Source: Stramenopiles sp. TOSAG23-2
Taxonomy: Eukaryota
Length of the DNA stretch: 36,800 nt
Direction of reading: 5' to 3'
NCBI GenBank assembly: GCA_900128395.1
Contig: LT649333.1
Location: 1-36,800 of the forward strand
Shown here: one piece after another, positions 29,643 through 36,800 of the stretch
Numbering within the stretch: position 1 is the stretch's first letter
How the letters are laid out: every line of letters starts with the position of its first letter
Program-made: the position numbers and the translations under genes
The notes under the pieces: model-generated
What the model was told of the DNA's origin: nothing
Databases searched by the model: none
Seen by the model: only the letters and a program-made list of their open reading frames with translations

Positions 29643-30264
29643 TTTAATTGTATATATCGTTTTTATATTTTGTTTCTGTATATATATATATTTCCAATTG
29701 CTCTATGGTTGAAATATTATATGTACAGTAGTACCCTGTTTCTGTTCATTCAATCTTCTATCTCTAAACTCTATTCAATATATGGATACAGTTTTTGTTC
29801 GAATTGCTTCTTCAACATTGCCTTGAACGTCATCATCTCTTCTCTCTATAAACCACCACAATTTCAAGGGCGAGTTAAGGTCTATTTAGTGACGGTGTGT
29901 GCATACTATTAGTCCCTTTTTTACGAGGGGTGTTATTAAGGGATAAGTATTTATAGACGACAAATATTGTAAATACTCTCTGATGTATCTGTGTTTAGCT
30001 TTGTACCTGACCATGTTAATTGTTAAATTTAAAATAGCTGTTACTGTGGTTTATACATGTAAAATTTCAAAAAAAAAACAAAAAGAAGAAGGAAATAATC
30101 ATATCTATATTATACACGATCAACGTATTATAAGCATTGATTCATTTATCGTTAAAAGTATATAAAACAATCGATTCACATATTTTTCATTTCTTCTTTT
30201 TTTGACTTTTTTTTTTTTTTTACATCATTTTTTGTGATTTTATATGTAAGAAATTTAGAAACAA

Positions 30265-31086
30265 ATGATTTCAGCAATTGGTAGACTTGGTTCAGCAACA
30301 CTTGCAAAACAACGGTCATCATCATCATGTAATAAAGCAACCTATAAATTAGTATCAAATTTTACAAGAAAAAATAATTACAATAAAACCAATCGTTTCT
30401 CTTTGCAACGCCGTGTATTTACTAATAAATCATCAAATACTACGGGTACGAAAAAAAAGGGTATTATTGAAAGATATCCATTTAGTACTCAATTAGTATT
30501 TGTTACTATAAAAACAGCTGGGACAGATCTCGGAATCCAAGTGACAGTGGAAAAAAAGAAATGGCATGAAATAGATTGGAGTCGCAATCTTGTGTTTACG
30601 TTATTTGGTGCTGTATATTTAGGTGGTGTGCAATATGCAATGTATGTAGAAGGTTTTAAACGCTTGTTTCCAGCCATGGAACGTTTTTGTAATTTAAGTT
30701 TCAGAGCAAAGCTAAAAGATCGTGAAGGTATCAAATCTTTATTACAACAAATCGGACTTGATTTTGTTCTAATTCAGCCTTTGTTATATTGGCCAGCATT
30801 TTATTTATGTAAAGAATATGTTATACAAATTACTGAAAATATTGAGGAAACTGGGAATAATTTATTCATACGTGCAATGTATAGATATAAAAAAACTGCA
30901 ATTGAAGATAATTTTGGAATGTGTGGTTTTTGGTTTCCAATTGATTTAATCATATATTCCGTTCCAATACATTTACGATTGCCTTTAAACCATGGTGCAA
31001 GTTTAGCATGGACTGGTATAGTTTCCATTTTTCGTGGTGCAACTGAAGACGAAAATGGTGATGATAGGGATATGTATAATAAATAA
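30265..31086 (+). CDS. Mpv17/PMP22 family membrane protein, probably mitochondrial
   Basis: Arg/Ser-rich presequence; YPF.TQ....TIK...TDL..Q, IDWSRNLVFTLFG, QI.LD....P..Y.P.FY and FWFP.D...YSVP.HLR....HG.SL.W..IVS. Confidence 0.9.
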   Translation: MISAIGRLGSATLAKQRSSSSCNKATYKLVSNFTRKNNYNKTNRFSLQRRVFTNKSSNTTGTKKKGIIERYPFSTQLVFVTIKTAGTDLGIQVTVEKKKWHEIDWSRNLVFTLFGAVYLGGVQYAMYVEGFKRLFPAMERFCNLSFRAKLKDREGIKSLLQQIGLDFVLIQPLLYWPAFYLCKEYVIQITENIEETGNNLFIRAMYRYKKTAIEDNFGMCGFWFPIDLIIYSVPIHLRLPLNHGASLAWTGIVSIFRGATEDENGDDRDMYNK

Positions 31087-31779
31087 TAAATTTTTCAGAT
31101 GATACATTACACACAAAATGAGATCCTACATGAGTCAACAAACCCAAAATTAAAAGAAAATAATATTTAAAAAAATAGTCTTCTGGACATCTTTTATTAT
31201 TTCAATTTACTTTAATTAGATTAATATAATCCGGATTTATTGATTTCTTTATCTTACCCATTTTTTACATTATTTTTTTGTTTTAGTTTGTTGTTGCAGA
31301 GATCACTTTACAACCAACATCGACTACCACCTATATGTTTTATACTTGAATGATTTATAGACTATAAGACAAAGATATCATCCAATTATTTAAAAAACTT
31401 TAATTTTTTTTTTGAATGTAAATAAAATTTGATAGCCAGATAGATTACCACCAGTATACCAGTCTGGCAGTATTAGTATATATAAATTATTTTTATGTTT
31501 TAAAAATTAATAATTTATGCAACTTATTATATATTTCTATATATATTAATAGTCTACACAGATAGATATGCAGTTGGAGAGATAGATTTTGAAGTGAAAT
31601 AGATAAGTGAAGCATTACCGGGTATATATATAACAAATTCAAATATATATATATATATGTACAAATACACGTATATTAAATAAAAGTTTATAATATATTT
31701 ACGTATAGAAAAAGAGAAGAAATAATAACACATATTATTTTGAATATTAATTAAATAATATATATAGTATATCTTCAAC

Positions 31780-34700
31780 ATGATAAATATTGAAAACTTA
31801 GAAGCTGCGTTGGAGAGGTATGAAAGACACACATCCACTGGTGATTCGATGAACAATGGGTTTCATGAAGCTATATCAAGAGGTATACACGCAGAAAAGA
31901 CACCAAAAACTATAAGTATGTGGCCAAAGATACAAGTTCGAAAAGATAAGACTTTCCAAAATAATAATAATGTAAATTCAACTTTGTCAGCGTTTGCTGC
32001 TGATGATAATTATAATAATAACAATAACAATGCAAATAGCCCTAAGAAGAAAAAGAAAACAAAAAGTTCAAGAAAGAAAAGCAATGCAACGTCGTCTCCT
32101 AAAAAAAATGGGACACCCTATAAGTTATCTTCCACTGTGAACAATAATTATTTATCGCCAAAAAAGTATGCATCGCCTAAAAGAAACGACTTAGCAAAAG
32201 TAAAAACAAATTATGATTTATCTTCATCCTATTTAACACGTAGTCCATCCTCAGGTCTACGTCTAGCTGGAATGTCTGCTGAAGATCGTAAAAAATTCGA
32301 ATTTTGGACAGAAGTATGTGGTCCATATTTTAAAAAGACGGAAGAGATCGGTTTATTGCCAAAAAATTACAGAGAAACTGTCTATCAATTGGAAGCAGAG
32401 AAACTAGTCGAGGAAACAAAAAAAGATATTACTACGTTAGAGAAAAAAATCGTTGTTAATACAGAACGTCGTAAAACTTATAAAAATAGACATAAAGCTG
32501 CCGCTATGGCAAATTTGGAACAAAGGGAGTTGCATGAGTTTCAAGCTAAGCTAAGAAGATTAGAGCGTGATGCTAAATACGCACGTGAACATCCGCAGCA
32601 GGTTGATATGGTAAGTGTTGATGAAAGCCAAGCACCATTAGGCCCAGTAGGGGAACATTACCGTAAACTTTGGAAAAAAGAAGATCAAGCAATTGAAGAT
32701 GCATTAAACCCTGGTGCAGCACGGAGGAGGCAGCGATATGAGGATCAGCAACGAAGGCAGCGAGAGGCGGATGAAAAAAACAATAAAAAGAAAAAAAAGA
32801 AAGGTCGCAATAATCGTCGTAATGCAAATGGTGATGGTAAGAAAAAAGGTCCTTTAAAAATCGGGGATGTTTGTGAAGTATCAGAATCTAAATCAGGGAA
32901 AACAAGCAGAGCTCAAATTAATGGCATTGCAAGAATAGTTAAAGTTGATAAAAAAAATGGCACATATGATGTGAAATATGTTGTAGGAAACAGTGTTGTG
33001 CGTGGTATACTTAAAAAATACGTAAGACATGAAGGAGAATCACGTGTAGATTCAGATGAGGAAAATGCCGATGTAATGGATGCATTAAAGGAGGAAAATG
33101 AAAATGACAAAGGTGTAAAGTTAAGGTTGCTAGTAGAACTTGATGGAACGGATCCAGTCCCAAATAGACCAAAAGTGAAGAGTCCCGATGGCAGTGATAA
33201 TACAGATTTTGTTTTGCGTTGTTGGGTAACAAATGAAGGAAACGATGTAAATAATAGCAATGGAGGAAATGGCATTGGTAATAAAAAAAATGGTGGAGGA
33301 AGGACGGAAAAGAAAAATAAAGGAGGCGCTAAAAATAATCAACACAATGCGGTTATCCCTGTTAATACTAATAGTGGGAGTGCCGCTTCTAATTTAATTA
33401 ATTTAACAGGTGAGACAACAGCAATATCATGGCATCCGGTTCCACATGATGGTACTGCTGGATTGGAAATGTCCAAAGATTCATGTGGTAGCCATGAAAT
33501 AGCATTGCCAAAAGTGTTAGCTGGGCATTCATTATTTTTTGGCGCAAGTGGGAAAAGGTTGCACGGAAATAGAAAATTGCGAAATTTTAATGGTACAGAC
33601 GAAAATAATAAAGATGCGCCAGTAACAATGACAATACAAGAAATGGAAGTAATAAATGCCCCCGAAGCTGAAGAAGTCGATGAAATATATGCCGAAATGG
33701 AATACTTACAATGGAAATTACGCGTGATACAGAAACAAAATGAAACTATGGCCACAAAATTTACTAACACGATAGAGTATCAAGTAGATGAGGAAGCAAA
33801 ACGTGAAAAATATATTGCAAACTTATACAATGCCAGAATTGAATACATGAAGAAGTTTAACAATGAACAAGAACGTCTACGCCGTCAGATGGAACAAAAA
33901 AGGCAACAAAAGAAAGCAGAAATGTTAAAACAGGCGAGGGAAAGGAAATATGGGAAGTTAAAAGCTCAGCAGATGCGCCAGGAAAAAGAGCGAATGGAGA
34001 AAAATCGTGGTCATAAGAAAAAACTGGCCATGAGTGCGCTATACCGCAAAGGTCGAACGAAAGATAGAAATCACTTGCAAAACATTATGAATAGTGTAGC
34101 GAATGGATATTTTGAAGGATCGTCGCGTAATGACTCTGTAGAAATTATTTTGAATAATATCGTAACGTTTATATCCATGTATTGTGATGAATCGCTATTT
34201 CCAGAAGGGTTAAAGAAACGCAAGGAATTAGCATTGAAGAAAAAAGAAGCATTGGCATTGAAAAAAAAAGAAGCTGCCGTTCAAAAGAGAAAGCGAGATG
34301 CAGAGCGAAGGGAACATCAAAACGCGGCGAAAAGTGCAGAGAAAAGAGCCAAAATAGTAAAATTATCGAAAGAGGAACAACTAAAACAAGAAATAATGAG
34401 AAAGAAAAAAGAAAGAATAAGAAAGAAAAAACTAACATTGTACAGGCAAAAGTTAACAAAAGAATTGATCTCAATGGGAAAAAACATGGAAATTGTCAGA
34501 GCTGTTCGTTGTAAACGTAGACGTGATAATGCTGGAAAATCTGAAAACGTAATAAAAATGTGTAAACTAGTGAATCGAAAATTTAAGAAGAACATATTGG
34601 ATGAAACCAATCAAGAAGGAAGTCAAAAGCGAAGAGGGAAAACATATTGCTTCTGCAACACTGTTTATAATGAAGATGAGGCATATATATCTTGCGATAT

Positions 34701-36438
34701 TTGCGAAGATTGGTTTCATCCAATTTGTGTTGGTATACCAGCTAGTTCTACTAAATACATAAATCAATTCGTCTGCCCAATTTGCGAATTAATATCTGCC
34801 AGGTTTCCAAACGGCAATCGCTTTGAAACTTCTTTTAAACGTAATGTTGATATTGCTTTGTTAAATTGTGATCAAGTTTTTAGAATGCGTGTGGCAGCTG
34901 TACAAAAAGGTTTAGATCTAATTGACGGTGTTGAAAGGACGAGAAGAGATGCAAGAGTTCAACATTTGAAACGGAAATTTATGAAAACTGTGAATGAAGC
35001 ACTTCTTGTGGAAAACAAAAGGGAAAACGGTGAAGAAGAAGAAGATGGTGAAGAGGAAAGCAGTAGTGAAGAAGAAAATAGTAGCGAAGCTGTGAATGAA
35101 GCACTTCTTGTGGAAAACAAAAGGGAAAACGGTGAAGAAGAAGAAGATGGTGAAGAGGAAAGCAGTAGTGAAGAGGAAAGCAGTAGTGAAGAGGAAAGCA
35201 GTAGTGAAGAAGAAAATAGTAGCGAAGAGGAAAGTAGTAGTGAAGAGGATGAAGACGAATCAACTTTGCCTAAGAAAAGACTAAAATTAACCATTCGTTT
35301 AAAAAAGTTAAAAGATGGAACGTATGATTTCCCATTTCGAAAAACTTCAAGGTTGGTTCTTCCTGAACAACGGCTAGAAAATGAGGTGGAAAGCGTTGCG
35401 GTTTTGATGCCGTTAAGAGTGAATTTAAAGAAAATGAAATTGCCAATAGGTAAAACGGGGTATTTGCCGCTTGATTGGGACAATAAAAATCATAGGCCAT
35501 TTTATATTCGAAAAGCACTAAATAAGTTGCATAGTTTTAAGTGTGTTTTTGGTGATGTTCTTGTGATCGAGAAGGATTATTCGTTTGTAAATTTTTACGA
35601 TGATGATGAGGAGGAGGAGGATGAAGAAATAGGCGAGGATGCTCTTGTAGAAGTAGAAGAGAAGGATGATTTATTGATGGTAAAGGAAAGCAAAGTAGAA
35701 TTGGAGGCTATGGAGAAGCGACAAAGGGGGGCTAAGGAGAAGCGAGAAAAGGAGGCCAAGGAGGCTAAGGAGAGGCAAAAGAAAGCCCAGGAGGCCATAG
35801 ACGCGGCACTGGCTCGGCTAAGAGCTGGTGAGCCTATGTGGCCTATGTCAACCGCAGGAGAAAGTGAAGGGGGAGAGAATGACAACGAGAATTCATCCGA
35901 TACAATTTCTACTGGTGCCGTCACTACTACTGTTGCTGCTGCTGCTGCTGCCGTAACTACTACAACTACCACCACCACCACAACCACCACAACTACGGCA
36001 GTTATTGATAACTCAAACGTTAATGAAAAAGTAAATGAGAAAGAAGAAGTGGAAAGCAAGAAAAAAAGTAAAGGACGGAATGAAATAATATGTGGGGTTA
36101 TCCAAGCATGGACATTAGCAGATGGAACACATCCAAAAATATATCTTCCGTCAACCTCTAATATGATTTCATGCCCGATTTTACGTACTGCACATGATGA
36201 AATTGAAGCGGGAAAGTATGAGAAAGAATATTTGGAGAAACTTGCAAAGGAGAGGGGAAATGCCGATGAAGAAGATGGTGCCGATGAAGAAGATGGTGTC
36301 GATGAAGAAGATGATATAGATGGTGTCGAAAACGATGAGGAGGACGAAGCAGAAATGGACGTTGATAACGAAGATGCGGAGGACAAAGAGCTAGAGGCAA
36401 TGTTGATGATGGATACAAAGATGGAAACTGAGTCTTGA
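31780..36438 (+). CDS. 1552-aa nuclear chromatin protein with Ada3-like motifs, a Tudor-like domain, a PHD finger and an acidic tail
   Basis: PHD C4HC3 finger YCFCNTVYNEDEAYISCDICEDWFHPICVG...FVCPIC (34645-34785); Tudor-like LKIGDVCEV...ARIVKVDKKNGTYDVKY (~32854-32980); Ada3-like FW....PYF, G.HY...W..ED and DEI.AE...LQ..L......N; basic NLS-like clusters. Confidence 0.85.
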   Translation: MINIENLEAALERYERHTSTGDSMNNGFHEAISRGIHAEKTPKTISMWPKIQVRKDKTFQNNNNVNSTLSAFAADDNYNNNNNNANSPKKKKKTKSSRKKSNATSSPKKNGTPYKLSSTVNNNYLSPKKYASPKRNDLAKVKTNYDLSSSYLTRSPSSGLRLAGMSAEDRKKFEFWTEVCGPYFKKTEEIGLLPKNYRETVYQLEAEKLVEETKKDITTLEKKIVVNTERRKTYKNRHKAAAMANLEQRELHEFQAKLRRLERDAKYAREHPQQVDMVSVDESQAPLGPVGEHYRKLWKKEDQAIEDALNPGAARRRQRYEDQQRRQREADEKNNKKKKKKGRNNRRNANGDGKKKGPLKIGDVCEVSESKSGKTSRAQINGIARIVKVDKKNGTYDVKYVVGNSVVRGILKKYVRHEGESRVDSDEENADVMDALKEENENDKGVKLRLLVELDGTDPVPNRPKVKSPDGSDNTDFVLRCWVTNEGNDVNNSNGGNGIGNKKNGGGRTEKKNKGGAKNNQHNAVIPVNTNSGSAASNLINLTGETTAISWHPVPHDGTAGLEMSKDSCGSHEIALPKVLAGHSLFFGASGKRLHGNRKLRNFNGTDENNKDAPVTMTIQEMEVINAPEAEEVDEIYAEMEYLQWKLRVIQKQNETMATKFTNTIEYQVDEEAKREKYIANLYNARIEYMKKFNNEQERLRRQMEQKRQQKKAEMLKQARERKYGKLKAQQMRQEKERMEKNRGHKKKLAMSALYRKGRTKDRNHLQNIMNSVANGYFEGSSRNDSVEIILNNIVTFISMYCDESLFPEGLKKRKELALKKKEALALKKKEAAVQKRKRDAERREHQNAAKSAEKRAKIVKLSKEEQLKQEIMRKKKERIRKKKLTLYRQKLTKELISMGKNMEIVRAVRCKRRRDNAGKSENVIKMCKLVNRKFKKNILDETNQEGSQKRRGKTYCFCNTVYNEDEAYISCDICEDWFHPICVGIPASSTKYINQFVCPICELISARFPNGNRFETSFKRNVDIALLNCDQVFRMRVAAVQKGLDLIDGVERTRRDARVQHLKRKFMKTVNEALLVENKRENGEEEEDGEEESSSEEENSSEAVNEALLVENKRENGEEEEDGEEESSSEEESSSEEESSSEEENSSEEESSSEEDEDESTLPKKRLKLTIRLKKLKDGTYDFPFRKTSRLVLPEQRLENEVESVAVLMPLRVNLKKMKLPIGKTGYLPLDWDNKNHRPFYIRKALNKLHSFKCVFGDVLVIEKDYSFVNFYDDDEEEEDEEIGEDALVEVEEKDDLLMVKESKVELEAMEKRQRGAKEKREKEAKEAKERQKKAQEAIDAALARLRAGEPMWPMSTAGESEGGENDNENSSDTISTGAVTTTVAAAAAAVTTTTTTTTTTTTTTAVIDNSNVNEKVNEKEEVESKKKSKGRNEIICGVIQAWTLADGTHPKIYLPSTSNMISCPILRTAHDEIEAGKYEKEYLEKLAKERGNADEEDGADEEDGVDEEDDIDGVENDEEDEAEMDVDNEDAEDKELEAMLMMDTKMETES
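34988..35250 (+). repeat. In-frame 102-bp tandem duplication with expanded 18-bp (EEESSS) units
   Basis: ctgtgaatgaagcacttcttgtggaaaac... starts at both 34988 and 35090. The second copy carries five gaagaggaaagcagtagt-like units and the first has two. Confidence 0.92.
35922..35998 (+). repeat. Coding trinucleotide repeats (poly-Ala and poly-Thr)
   Basis: (gct)n and (acn)n tracts encoding TTTVAAAAAAVTTTTTTTTTTTTTT. Confidence 0.85.
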
Positions 36439-36800
36439 AGGTAAAGGTATGATATTTATTTTGTATATATATATGACCCACGATCGATAAGATCAGGAGG
36501 AATATAAAAAAGACCATAATATTACATAGTACCTAGTTTTACATAATTTTTAATGGTATTTATATGCTATTTCTACATATTTTTAAGCTCTTTCCGTATG
36601 ATCATGTCTCTGAGGAGCAAAAAATTTTCAATATTATAATCTCCGAAACTAGATCGATTCACTATCTATAATTTTATGCCGGAAATCGTCATATAATCGT
36701 TTATAGCTTTTGAGTGTTTTAAAACACGAAAATGAAAAAATAAGAGTTTTAGAACAACCATGCCCTTCAAAAAAAAATATTAAAAAGTTAAACACAAACA

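Noticed and set aside
34959..36386. Minus-strand Ser/Leu/Val-rich ORFs (174 and 263 aa)
   Set aside because: Antisense reading of Glu/Asp/Thr/Ala repeats in the PHD gene.
36520..36800. Right end as the matching terminus of an element starting at the left end
   Set aside because: Only vague word similarity; no real terminal inverted or direct repeat found by eye.
1..36800. Giant-virus, prokaryotic or alternative-genetic-code origin
   Set aside because: A spliceosomal intron, organelle-targeted housekeeping genes and long ORFs in the standard code (TAA, TAG and TGA all used as stops) indicate a standard eukaryotic nuclear genome; no viral hallmark genes.

Overview
AT-rich, gene-dense, almost intronless eukaryotic nuclear DNA, not prokaryotic. 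It has poly-Asn tracts, one GT-AG intron, mitochondrial, ER and peroxisomal targeting signals, and a chromatin protein. A heterotrophic protist, possibly a stramenopile, is an inference only. Thirteen protein-coding genes are supported: a CATCHR/Exo84-like protein (tentative), a low-complexity hypothetical, an FSH1-type serine hydrolase, a 2851-aa membrane-anchored multidomain zinc metalloprotease (EF-hand, TM, repeated RRL sites, M11-like zincin, Ig/FN3-like and ShK-like repeats), an intron-split GH31 glycosidase, a canopy/CNPY protein, Rsm22/METTL17, a secreted GH-like protein, an acyl-CoA dehydrogenase head-to-head with a PTS1-bearing EcKL/APH-like kinase, an MFS transporter, an Mpv17/PMP22 protein and a 1552-aa Ada3-like/Tudor-like/PHD protein. 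No rRNA, tRNA, CRISPR or transposase was recognised. The most interesting items are the RRL-segmented protease polyprotein, the Ada3-Tudor-PHD fusion, and TACGA/TCGTA palindromic motifs concentrated in all four tail-to-tail intergenic spacers. Family calls come from motif recognition by eye; no searches were run.
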